A stretch of 64,000 nucleotides of DNA. It comes from an uncultured Candidatus Rokubacteria bacterium (GTDB taxonomy: Bacteria > Methylomirabilota > Methylomirabilia > Rokubacteriales > DASRDR01). A model generated the notes under the pieces. It made no database searches. It worked only from the letters and a program-made list of their open reading frames with translations, and had not been told where the DNA came from. Every line of letters starts with the position of its first letter. The first letter of the stretch is position 1. The position numbers and the translations under genes are program-made. Shown here piece by piece: positions 1 to 13,391 of this stretch. The stretch spans positions 64,001-128,000 of the forward strand of contig CAVPSB010000010.1 in assembly GCA_963708025.1 (NCBI GenBank), in the 5' to 3' direction.

Positions 1-380
1 CGTTCCCGCCCGGCCACCCCGAGCTGCCCGAGGCCTACCGGGCGCTCGGTCAGCCGGTCCTCATCCCCGGGGACATGGGCCGGTACTCCTACGTGCTCGT
101 CGGGACGCCGGGGTCGATGCGCGAGACCTTCGGCAGCACCTGCCACGGCGCCGGCCGGGTGCTGAGCCGGACCGCGGCGGTGAAGGCGGCCCGGGGACGC
201 TCGATCGCCCAGGAGCTGGCCGCCCGGGGGATCGTGGCCCGGGCCGCCGGCCGGGAATCCCTCGCCGAGGAGATGTCCGAGGCGTACAAGGACGTCCGGA
301 GCGTCGTCGAGGTGGTGGAGCGGGCCGGACTCTCGCGCATCGTCGCCCGCCTCCGCCCGCTCGGCGTCGTCAAGGGATGA
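1..380 (+). CDS. rtcB: RtcB family RNA ligase, 3' part (truncated by window edge)
   Basis: Frame reads FPPGHPELPEAYRALGQPVLIPGDMGRYSYVL...GSTCHGAGRVLSR...EEMSEAYKDV...ARLRPLGVVKG, the RtcB C-terminal motifs. Confidence 0.93.
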   Translation, partial: FPPGHPELPEAYRALGQPVLIPGDMGRYSYVLVGTPGSMRETFGSTCHGAGRVLSRTAAVKAARGRSIAQELAARGIVARAAGRESLAEEMSEAYKDVRSVVEVVERAGLSRIVARLRPLGVVKG

Positions 381-387
381 GAGGCGC

Positions 388-453
388 CTCCGACTCCCCC
401 CTCCCCCCAGTGGGTGGGGGAGGGGGGTTGGGGGGGGTGGGTGGGAGGTCCCC
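388..453 (+). repeat. Family A C-rich/G-rich palindromic repeat
   Basis: CTCCGACTCCCCCCTCCCCCCAGTGGGTGGGGGAGGGGGG..GGGTGGGAGGTCCC; about 15 related copies in the window. Confidence 0.85.
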
Positions 454-465
454 AAAGACCACGCC

Positions 466-494
466 TTGACCGCCCGCGTGCCGCCTGTTAGAGT
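466..494 (+). promoter_or_regulatory. Sigma70-type promoter
   Basis: TTGACC-17bp-TAGAGT with TG extension. Confidence 0.6.
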
Positions 495-506
495 CAGGTG
501 ATCCGT

Positions 507-2237
507 ATGTCGTGGAAACTCAAGGAAAAGATGGATCGGCTCCTCGGCCAGGAGGAGGGCGCCGTCCGCAAGGACTGGGGCGGCCGGGTCGCGTTCGCCC
601 TGGTCTACCCCAACACCTACGCGGTCGGGATGTCGAACCTCGGCTTCCAGACCATCTACCGCCACCTGAACGCCCTGCCGGACGTCGTCTGCGAGCGGGT
701 CTTCCTGCCCGATCCCGAGGACCTCCCGGAGTATCGGCGCACCGCCACGCCCCCCCTCTCGCTCGAGTCCAAGCGCCCGCTGTCCGACTTCGACCTCGTC
801 GGCTTCTCGATCACCTACGAGGGCGACTACATCCACACGTTACGGCTCCTCCGGATGGCCGGGATCCCGCTCGACCCGGCGGCCCGGCGGCCCGAGGACC
901 CGATCGTCTGCATGGGCGGCGTCTGCGCGTTCGCCAACCCGGAGCCGATCGCACCGTTCATGGATTTCGTGGTGGTGGGCGAAGGCGAGGAGATCGTTGG
1001 CGAGATCGTGGCCGCCTATCGCGAGAGCTTCGGCGGCACGACGTGGACCGAGCGCCGTCGCGAGGCGCTCTGGGACCGCCTCCAGCCGATCCCCGGGATC
1101 TACCTGCCGAACCGGTACGCGGTGGAGTACCGCGGGGACGGCACGATCGCGTCGGTGCGCCCGACCCACGGGGGCCCGGCGGTCGTCGTCAAGCGTCGGC
1201 TCAAGCAGGTGGACGACTTCCAGACCGTGTCGCTCCTCCGCACGCCCAACGCCGAGTACGGACACCTGGCGCTCCTGGAGGTGGGCAAGGGCTGCGGGCG
1301 CGGCTGCCGCTTCTGCCTGGAGGGCGAGATCTACCGTCCGGTCCGCCACCGAAGCCTCGAGGCGCTCCGGGCGTCGGTGAAGGAGATCGCGCAGCACAGC
1401 AAGCGCGTGGGACTCGTCGGCGCCTGCGTGTCGGACTACCCGTGGATCGGCGGGCTCCTCCAGATCATCGAGGAGGAAGGGCTCGAGCTGTCGATCTCCT
1501 CGCTCCGCGCCGACAGCCTCACCGAGGACCTGGTGGCGTCGCTCCAGCGCGGCGGCCACCGGACGCTCACGATCGCGCCCGAGGCGGGCACCGAGCGCCT
1601 GCGCCGGGTGATCCGCAAGAACATCTCCGACGAGCAGCTCTATGCCGCCTGCGCGCTGGTGCGCGCTCACGGCATCCCGAACCTCAAGTGCTACTTCATG
1701 ATCGGGCAGCCGACCGAGACGGACACGGACGTCCAGGCGATCCCCGACCTGGCCATCCGGCTGCTGGAGCGGCTCCGGACACCCTCCAAGGACGGCCAGC
1801 CCTTCGGGCGCCTCACGCTGTCGGTCAGCTCCTACGTCCCCAAGCCGTGGACGCCGTTCCAGTGGGAGCCCTTCGACCGGACCGCCGCGCTGGAGACCAA
1901 GCTCCAGACGATCAAGGCCGGCGTCCGGCGCCACTCGAACGTCCGCGTGCTCCACGAGAATCCGCGCGAGGCGTTCCTGCAGGCGCTGCTGGCTCGCGGG
2001 GACCGGCGGGTGGCCGGCTTGCTCGAGCGGGCGGCCGAGCTGGAGGGGGACTGGCGGACGGCGCTCCGGGAGTGGGACGGTGACGCCGAGTTCTACACGC
2101 ATCGGCGGCGTCCGCTCGACGAGACGCTTCCCTGGGATCACTTCGAGGTGGGCGTGAAGAAGACGGGCCTCGTGCGGGAGCACGAGCGGGCCGGGCTGGC
2201 GCCGGTGGTGGGAGCGTCGGCGCCGGCTCAGGGGTGA
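507..2237 (+). CDS. B12-binding-domain/radical SAM protein (TIGR03960-like)
   Basis: YPNTYAVGMSNLG, GCGRGCRFC (CX3CX2C), TIAPEAGTERLR, YVPKPWTPFQW; alternative start GTG 498. Confidence 0.88.
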   Translation: MSWKLKEKMDRLLGQEEGAVRKDWGGRVAFALVYPNTYAVGMSNLGFQTIYRHLNALPDVVCERVFLPDPEDLPEYRRTATPPLSLESKRPLSDFDLVGFSITYEGDYIHTLRLLRMAGIPLDPAARRPEDPIVCMGGVCAFANPEPIAPFMDFVVVGEGEEIVGEIVAAYRESFGGTTWTERRREALWDRLQPIPGIYLPNRYAVEYRGDGTIASVRPTHGGPAVVVKRRLKQVDDFQTVSLLRTPNAEYGHLALLEVGKGCGRGCRFCLEGEIYRPVRHRSLEALRASVKEIAQHSKRVGLVGACVSDYPWIGGLLQIIEEEGLELSISSLRADSLTEDLVASLQRGGHRTLTIAPEAGTERLRRVIRKNISDEQLYAACALVRAHGIPNLKCYFMIGQPTETDTDVQAIPDLAIRLLERLRTPSKDGQPFGRLTLSVSSYVPKPWTPFQWEPFDRTAALETKLQTIKAGVRRHSNVRVLHENPREAFLQALLARGDRRVAGLLERAAELEGDWRTALREWDGDAEFYTHRRRPLDETLPWDHFEVGVKKTGLVREHERAGLAPVVGASAPAQG

Positions 2238-2248
2238 CAGGAGGGGAC

Positions 2249-2983
2249 ATGAGCTACGACGCCAAGGCAGCTCCCCGCGAGCACGCGATCGATGTCCGGG
2301 AGAAGGGCGCGCCGCGGGACGGCGTCCCGCAGACCTCCGACCGGCGGCTGTTCGTGCAGTTCCTGGCCTTCGGTGACTGCGATGACGCCGGCGCGGTCGC
2401 ACGGGTTTTGGAGGGCGCCGGCCTGGCCGCGGCCGTCTACGCCGACCTTCACGACCCTCGGGGGATTGGCGTGGTGATCATGGACGAGAGCCCCGACACC
2501 TTCGTCACCGGGGCGCGGGAGGTGTTCCTAAAGCCCCCGCTCGCCGCGCTCCGCCTGAAGCCCGAGCACGCGCTCCTGGGCCGGACGTACGGCACGGGTT
2601 TCGAGCCGAACCTGGAGGACTGGCTGCTGCACCGCCCCCGGCGCGTGATCCAGGGCGAAGCCGCCCGCTGGGCGGTCTGGTACCCGCTACGGCGGCAGGG
2701 GGCCTTCGCCAGTCTGACCCCGGAGGAGCAGGGCGCGATCCTCCGCGAGCACGGACGGATCGGGCACACCTTCGGGGACGCCGGGCTGGTCCAGGACATC
2801 CGCCTGGCCTGCTTCGGGCTGGACAAAGACGACAACGACTTCGTCATCGGGCTCCTCGGGCGGGAGCTCCACCCGCTATCGGCGTGCATCCAGGCCATGC
2901 GCGGGACCCGCCAGACCTCCCAGTACATGCAGCACATGGGCCCCTTCTTCATCGGGCGCACGATCTGGCAAAGCCCCCTGTAG
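2249..2983 (+). CDS. Chlorite dismutase / coproheme decarboxylase family protein
   Basis: WYPLRR...EEQGAILREHGRIG...GLDKDDNDFVIG...MRGTRQTS..GPFFIG; SD GGAGG upstream. Confidence 0.75.
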   Translation: MSYDAKAAPREHAIDVREKGAPRDGVPQTSDRRLFVQFLAFGDCDDAGAVARVLEGAGLAAAVYADLHDPRGIGVVIMDESPDTFVTGAREVFLKPPLAALRLKPEHALLGRTYGTGFEPNLEDWLLHRPRRVIQGEAARWAVWYPLRRQGAFASLTPEEQGAILREHGRIGHTFGDAGLVQDIRLACFGLDKDDNDFVIGLLGRELHPLSACIQAMRGTRQTSQYMQHMGPFFIGRTIWQSPL

Positions 2984-3015
2984 CGACCGGGAAAGGGGAG
3001 GGCGCCCGGTAGCTC

Positions 3016-4055
3016 ATGGCCAGCACGCGGGCGCCGCTGGCGCGCTTCGAGACGGCGTCGGGGGCGCGGATCTACCGGATTCCCGTCGAGACCTTCCCGG
3101 GGCACATCAACAACCTCTACCTGATCCTCGACCGGGGCGTGACGAGCCTGGTCGATGTCGGCTCCGGACTGCCGCAGTCGGTCGAGGACCTCCAGGGTGG
3201 CTTCGACGCCCTCCGGACCCACTTCGGGGAGCGGGTCCGGCTGGAAGGGGTCCAGCACGTCGTCATCACTCATTCCCACATCGACCACTTCGGCCACGTC
3301 GGCTGGTTCCAGGCGCACACCGGCGCCCACATCTACATCCACGAGCTGGACGCCCGGGTCCTCCAGAACTTCGAGGAGCGGATCGTCATGGCGTCCAAGG
3401 ACGTCCGCGTCTTCCTCGAGCGCTCTGGTCTCGAGCCGGCCGCCCGCGAGGAGCTCGAGGAGATGTACCGGGTGGGGAAGAGCTTCTTCAAGTCGGTCCG
3501 GCTGGACCGCAAGCTCAAGGACGGGGACGAGATCGGTCCCGGCTACCGTGTCCACCACGTGCCCGGACACTGCCCCGGGCAGATCTGCCTTCAGGTCGAG
3601 GATGTCCTGTTCACGGCCGACCACGTGCTGCCCCGGATCACCCCGCACCAGTCGCCGGCGGCGATCACACCCTTCTGCGGGCTGGAGCTCTACCTCCAGT
3701 CGCTGGAGAAGATCCGGCGGCTGCCAGGGATCCGGCTGGCCCTGCCCGGCCACGAGGAGGAGATCGGGGACCTGGCGGCCCGGATCGACGCCATCGCTGC
3801 CCACCACCGTGAGCGGCTCCAGCAGGTCCTCGCGATCTGCGTCGAGCCGCGGTCGCTGCTGGACGTCAGCCGGGCGCTCTTCGGAGAGCGGAGCGGGTAC
3901 ACGCGTCTCCTCGCCCTCGAGGAGGCCGGGGCCCACGTCGAGTATCTCTTCCAGCGCGGCGAGCTCGGGATCGCCAACCTCGACGAGGTGGCCGCCCAGC
4001 CCAACCCGGTCGTCCTCTACCGTCGCCCCCGGGCGGCGTACCCCGGGAAGAGTGA
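3016..4055 (+). CDS. MBL-fold metallo-hydrolase (3' end uncertain; as sequenced the ORF runs to 4428)
   Basis: THSHIDHFG, PGHCPG, FTADH, PGH motifs; similarity appears to end near VVLYRR (~4025) and an off-frame TGA lies at 4053. Confidence 0.8.
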
Positions 4056-4072
4056 GGAGCAAGGAGGCCATC

Positions 4073-4474
4073 GTGACGGAACCGCGAAGGCTGCTCGGGT
4101 GGCCGATGCTGGTCGCGCTGGTGGCCCTGGTGGCAGCGGGGTGCATCGGACTCACGCGCGGCGACTACTGGACAGGGATCAGCACGGGCGATCTCGGGCC
4201 GTGCCCGTCGTTCGACTTCGAGCTCGTCGTCGAAAACGACAAGGTCAGCGGGTCGGCGACGTCGGAGTTCGACTGGGGCACGGCGCTGTGGGAGGTGCGC
4301 GGCCTGGTCGGGCCCGACCGACGGGTCACGCTCCAGGCCAAGACGGGGGATCCCCGGGTCTCCCCGCCGACCCTGACGTGGACCGGGACCTACAATGTCC
4401 TGCTGTGGGACGTTACCCTGACGCCTGACTCGAGGTGTCCGAAGCCCCGGGTGGCCCGGCTCCAGCGCCGGTAA
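4073..4474 (+). CDS. Putative lipoprotein, hypothetical
   Basis: AAGGAGG SD then GTG; signal peptide with lipobox VAAG-C; beta-rich mature part. Confidence 0.7.
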   Translation: MTEPRRLLGWPMLVALVALVAAGCIGLTRGDYWTGISTGDLGPCPSFDFELVVENDKVSGSATSEFDWGTALWEVRGLVGPDRRVTLQAKTGDPRVSPPTLTWTGTYNVLLWDVTLTPDSRCPKPRVARLQRR

Positions 4475-4510
4475 CGGCTACCAGACCGGGCGGCGGCGGT
4501 GCTCATAACC

Positions 4511-4539
4511 TTGCTTTGCTCAAGGGCTTTGGGTACGAT
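4511..4539 (+). promoter_or_regulatory. Sigma70-type promoter for CBS-korAB
   Basis: TTGCTT-17bp-TACGAT in an AT-richer patch. Confidence 0.5.
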
Positions 4540-4623
4540 GAAAGCTCGGATGCGTCCGGTCCCGGCGCGGTCCGTTCCTGCCTGCCGTGCCCGCCCGGAT
4601 GACCTCGCAGGGGGAGCAGAGCC

Positions 4624-5148
4624 ATGACGGAATTCGAGGACGAGTACTCGGCCGGCCTGGAAGGTGAGTTCCGGGAGCTGGGTGGGGCGCTCCTGAGCGA
4701 CACGATCAATACACTGTCCCCGAACGAGCCGGTCTGCCTGAAGGAGACGACCAGCGTCCACGACGCTGTCACCCGCATGCTGGCGGCTCGGCAGCCCGGT
4801 GTCCTGGTCATCGGAGGCGACGGCCGGCTGACCGGCATCTTCACCGAGCGCGACCTGTTGACCCGGGTGGTGGGGCGCGACCTGGATCCCGGGACGACGC
4901 CCCTGGCCGCGGTCATGACGCGGGACCCGGAGGCTCTGACCCCGCGCGACCGGGTCTGCTACGCCGTGAACCGGATGAGCGTGGCCGGGTACCGGACCAT
5001 CCCCCTGGTGGACGAGGCCCATCGCCCGGTCGGCATCGTGACCGTGCACGACTTCATCAAGTGGCTGGCTCACCTGTTCCCAGAGGCCGTCCTGAACATG
5101 AGGCCGGGGGACGTCATCAAGCATCCCCTCGAAGTGGACGCGGGATAG
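4624..5148 (+). CDS. CBS domain protein
   Basis: LTGIFTERDLL, VMTRDP, PVGIVTVHD. Confidence 0.88.
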   Translation: MTEFEDEYSAGLEGEFRELGGALLSDTINTLSPNEPVCLKETTSVHDAVTRMLAARQPGVLVIGGDGRLTGIFTERDLLTRVVGRDLDPGTTPLAAVMTRDPEALTPRDRVCYAVNRMSVAGYRTIPLVDEAHRPVGIVTVHDFIKWLAHLFPEAVLNMRPGDVIKHPLEVDAG

Positions 5149-5167
5149 CTGGAGGAGATGAGCCTTC

Positions 5168-8067
<2,900 letters not shown>

Positions 8068-8364
8068 GTCGGGCCGATAACCTTCGCAGTGGTCATCTCG
8101 GTCGTGACGCGCTCGGCCTACGGCCTCGCGTCCGTCCCGACCTTTTGGCGTCCTCGGTCGTCGCCGGACCTCCCGCAAGGGAGAGACGTCCCGAGGGCCG
8201 CAGGCCCGAAGCGTCGCGACCAGATGGACGTATGCGGCATACGGTTCGGCCCGCCTCCTCCCTGCGTCGATTGGACGGCCTTCGGCCTGTGGGGGCTGCT
8301 CGGTTCTCGGCCCGACCTGCGGCTGTCGGGCATCCCGGATGCCGGCAAGTATCGCTATCGATGA
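8068..8364 (+). repeat. Family B repeat element (carries short ORF 8089-8364)
   Basis: ATCTCGGTCGTGACGCGCTCGGCCTACGGCCTCGCGTCCGTCCCGACCT is identical to the reverse complement at ~46556-46605; GGACGGCCTTCGGCCT hairpin; begins at the korB TAG. Confidence 0.85.
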
Positions 8365-8396
8365 CCGCCTGAAGCCAGAGCCGCCCCGGAGCCGCC

Positions 8397-9832
<1,436 letters not shown>

Positions 9833-9836
<4 letters not shown>

Positions 9837-11140
9837 GCGACGTCGCCGCCGGCCTGGTGGCGATCGTCGGGCCGTCGCACGTGGCGACGGGCGATGCGGC
9901 GGCGGCCTTCGCGATCGATGGCCGCGCGCCGCGCTGGGCCGTGGCTCCCGGCACCGCCGAGGAGGTGAGCCGCTGCCTGGCGCTCGCCGCCGCGCGCGGC
10001 CTGGCGGTGGCGCCGGCCGGGAGGAGGACCCGGCCCGGCTGGGGCGGGACCCCGCGGGCGCTCGACCTCGTGCTCTCGGTTCGCCGCCTGGACCGGATCC
10101 TCGCTCACGAGCCGGCCGACCTGACGATGTCACTCGAGGCCGGCGTGACGCTCGGCGCCATCGCCACCCACCTGGCCCCCCACCGCCAGCTCTTTCCGCT
10201 CGACCCGCCCCGGGCCGCCGGCTCGACGGTGGGCGGCATCATCGCCACCGCCGCCAGCGGTCCCTGGCGCGCCCGCTACGGAACGATCCGGGACCTCCTC
10301 CTCGGCGTGACCGTCGCGCGGGCCGACGGCACCCTCGTCAAGGGCGGGGGCCGGGTCGTGAAGAACGCGACCGGCTACGACATGCCGAAGCTCCACGTCG
10401 GTGCGCTCGGCACGCTGGGCGTCATCGTGGCCGCGCATCTCCGCCTCCATCCCCGGCCGGCGGAGGAGACGAGCTGGCTCTTCGGGTTCGGCGGACCGGA
10501 GGCCGCCCTCGAGGCGGCCCTCGGCGTCATGGACGCGCCGGTCGTGGTGAGCCGGCTCCAGCTCCTCGACGCGGCGACGCTCGCCTGGCTCGGCCACCCG
10601 TCCCCGGCCGCGGCCGCGCTGGCGGTGACGGTCGGAAGCGTGCCCGAAGGCGTGCAGGCCCAGGGGTCACGGATCGCGGAGATCTGCGGGCGCGGCGGGG
10701 CGCGACCGGAGCCGGTGCGGGAGCCGGAGGCCTGGTGGGCGCGCGTGAGCGAGGCGAGCTGGCCGGTGACCGGCCAGGCGACGCTCACGCTGCGGGTCGG
10801 CGCCCGGCCCACCGACGTGGTGAAGGCGCTCCACGCCGCCGAGGCGGCCGGGCGGGGCACGGTGGCGGTCCGCGCCACCGCGGAGGTCGGGAACGGAGTG
10901 CTCCACCTCACCCTCACCGGGACCGGGCTGGCGGACGCGGGCAGCCTGCTCGGTCGCGTGCGCGAGGGCCTGGCCCCCCTCGGGGCCACGTGCGTGGTCG
11001 AGCACGCGCCGCTCGCCGCCAAGCCGGGACTGGACGTCTGGGGCGACGTGGGCCCGGCCCTCGAGTCGATGCGCCGGCTGAAGGCCGAGATGGACCCGAA
11101 CGGAATCCTGAACCCCGGCCGCTTCGTAGGAGGCATCTGA
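9833..11140 (+). CDS. glcE: Glycolate oxidase FAD subunit GlcE
   Basis: GGRVVKNATGYDMPKL..GALGTLG, DPNGILNPGRF; GTGA overlap. Confidence 0.85.
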
Positions 11141-11142
11141 GG

Positions 11143-12453
11143 GTGGGCGAGCTGGTCACTCACGCCGGGCACGCGCCGCCCCAGGGGGCCTTCGACACGA
11201 TCGACCCGCCGGACTGGGAGGCGATCCTCGACTGCGTCCACTGCGGCATCTGCTTGCCGGCGTGTCCGACCTACCGCGTCCTCGGCCAGGAGATGGACTC
11301 CCCGCGCGGCCGCCTCTACCTGATGCGGGCGGCCGCCGAGGGCCGCATCGGGCTCAGCGAGAACTTCGTCCTCCACATGGATCGCTGTCTCGGCTGCCGG
11401 GGCTGCGAGACAGCGTGCCCGTCCGGGGTCCCGTTCGGCCGCCTCCTGGAGGAGGTGCGCGGTCAGATCGAGCGGAAGGTGCCCCGCCCGCGATCGCGGC
11501 GCCTCCTCGGCCGCCTGATCCTCGGCACGTTTCCCGACCGGCGGCGCCTGGCGCTCGCGCTCGGTGTGCTGCGGCTCTACCAGCGGTCGGGCCTCCAGAC
11601 GCTGGTTCGCGGGATCGGGGTCCTTCGCCCGTTCCCCCGGCTGGCGGCGATGGAGCGGCTGCTGCCCGCGCTCGGCCCCCCGGCCCGCGAGCGCATGCCC
11701 GCGCGGCTGGAGCCGCCCGGGCCGTCGCGGGGGACGGTGGCACTGCTCACGGGGTGCGTCCAGGCGCAGCTGTTCCCGGAGGTGAACGAGGCCACCGCCC
11801 GGCTCCTGGCCCGGGCGGGGTACACGGTGCTGAACCCGGCCGGTCAGGGCTGCTGCGGCGCCCTCCACCTTCACTGGGGCGACCGGGAGCCGGCGCGGCG
11901 GCTCGCCCGCGCGAACCTCGCCGCGTTCGCCGGCAGCGACTGGGTCGTGACCAACGCCGCCGGGTGCGGGACCGCGCTTCGCGACTACGGCCACCTGCTC
12001 GCCGGGGATCCGGCGGCTTCCGCCTTCGCGGAGCGGGTGCGGGACGTCTCGGAGCTGCTGGCGGCGGCTCTGCCCGGGCCACGGCAGCCGCTGCCGCTGA
12101 CCGTGACCTACCACGAGCCTTGCCACCTCGCCCACGGCCAGCGGGTGCGCGAAGCGCCGCGGGCGCTCCTGCGCGCCATCCCGGGGCTCCGCCTGATCGA
12201 GCTCCCGGAATCGGATCTGTGCTGCGGCTCGGCCGGCGTCTACAATCTGCTCGAGCCGGAGATCGCGGGGCGGCTCCTCGCGCGGAAGCTCGACCGGATC
12301 GCCGCGACGGGCGCCGAGGTGGTCGTGAGCGGGAACCCCGGGTGTCTCCTCCAGCTCCGGCAAGGACTGGCCGAGCGGGGCCTCGCGATCCGGGCGCATC
12401 ATCCGATCGAGCTCCTCGCCTGGTCGGTCGAGGGACGAGTCGAGAGACCGTGA
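11143..12453 (+). CDS. glcF: Glycolate oxidase Fe-S subunit GlcF
   Basis: CVHCGICLPACPTY, CLGCRGCETACPSG, two CCG domains. Confidence 0.88.
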   Translation: MGELVTHAGHAPPQGAFDTIDPPDWEAILDCVHCGICLPACPTYRVLGQEMDSPRGRLYLMRAAAEGRIGLSENFVLHMDRCLGCRGCETACPSGVPFGRLLEEVRGQIERKVPRPRSRRLLGRLILGTFPDRRRLALALGVLRLYQRSGLQTLVRGIGVLRPFPRLAAMERLLPALGPPARERMPARLEPPGPSRGTVALLTGCVQAQLFPEVNEATARLLARAGYTVLNPAGQGCCGALHLHWGDREPARRLARANLAAFAGSDWVVTNAAGCGTALRDYGHLLAGDPAASAFAERVRDVSELLAAALPGPRQPLPLTVTYHEPCHLAHGQRVREAPRALLRAIPGLRLIELPESDLCCGSAGVYNLLEPEIAGRLLARKLDRIAATGAEVVVSGNPGCLLQLRQGLAERGLAIRAHHPIELLAWSVEGRVERP

Positions 12454-12560
12454 CGGAATCGACCGTGAAGCGCGAGCGGCGGACGATCCGGAGGGGGGGG
12501 CCGGGGGAGGAGCGCAGCTCCCCCCGGCCCGCTTGACGTGAGACCGTGGAGAATCGGTTG

Positions 12561-12622
12561 CTCCGGCCCCCCCCTCCCCCCCGGTGGGTGGGGGAGGGGG
12601 GTTGGGGGGGCGGGCGGGAGGT
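12561..12622 (+). repeat. Family A repeat, ending in GGAGGT upstream of lutA
   Basis: CTCCGGCCCCC..TCCCCCCCGGTGGGTGGGGGAGGGGG..GGGCGGGAGGT. Confidence 0.85.
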
Positions 12623-12629
12623 CGCGAAC

Positions 12630-13391
12630 GTGACGAGCACGTCGCGCGCCGCGATCATGGTGACCTGCCTGGTGGACCTCTTCTACCCGCAGGTCGGGGA
12701 AGCGATGGTGCGCCTTCTCGGCCGCCACGGCGTGGACGTCCGGGTGCCGGCCAGCCAGACGTGCTGCGGCCTCCCGCTCTTCAACTCGGGGTACCACCGC
12801 GAGGCGGCCCGCGTCGCGCGGCGAACCCTGCCGCTCTTCGCGGACGCCGAGGCGGTCGTGGTCCCGTCGGGCTCGTGCGCCTGGATGGTGAAGGCCGAGT
12901 ACCCGCACCTGTTCCCCGGCGACCCGGCCCTCACCGCGGCGGCCCGGGCCCTCGCGGACCGGACGTACGAGCTGTCCCAGTACCTGGTGAGCGTGCTCGG
13001 CGTCAAGGAGGCGGGCGGTCGCGCCCGGGGCGTGAGCCGGGTCACCTATCACGACTCGTGTCACCTCCTGCGCGGGCTCGGCGAATCCCGGGCGCCCCGG
13101 ACGCTCCTGGCCGGCGCCGGCGTCGAGTACGCGGAGCTGGGTGGCGCCGACGAGTGCTGCGGCTTCGGCGGCTCCTTCGCGGTGCGGCTCCCCGACGTGT
13201 CGGGGGCGATCCTCCGCCGGAAGCTGGAGAACATCCGGGCGACGGGCGCCGACACGGTCGTGGCCTGTGACGCCGGGTGCCTCATGCAGATCGCCGGCGG
13301 GGTCGAGCGGGCGGGGGAGAAGGTCCGGGTGCGCCACCTGGCCGAGCTGCTGGCCGACTCCGGCGAGCAGGACGAACGTGGCGAGGCCTGA
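12630..13391 (+). CDS. lutA: Lactate utilization protein A (CCG Fe-S)
   Basis: TCLVD, QTCCG, PSGSC, YHDSCH, CCGFGGSF. Confidence 0.88.
   Translation: MTSTSRAAIMVTCLVDLFYPQVGEAMVRLLGRHGVDVRVPASQTCCGLPLFNSGYHREAARVARRTLPLFADAEAVVVPSGSCAWMVKAEYPHLFPGDPALTAAARALADRTYELSQYLVSVLGVKEAGGRARGVSRVTYHDSCHLLRGLGESRAPRTLLAGAGVEYAELGGADECCGFGGSFAVRLPDVSGAILRRKLENIRATGADTVVACDAGCLMQIAGGVERAGEKVRVRHLAELLADSGEQDERGEA

Noticed and set aside
4056-4428. Genuine C-terminal extension of the MBL hydrolase
   Set aside because: Low-complexity translation overlapping a better-supported lipoprotein gene that has its own SD.
12488-12535. GC hairpin after glcF as a terminator
   Set aside because: Strong stem but no U-tract, inside an apparent operon; more likely another repeat remnant.
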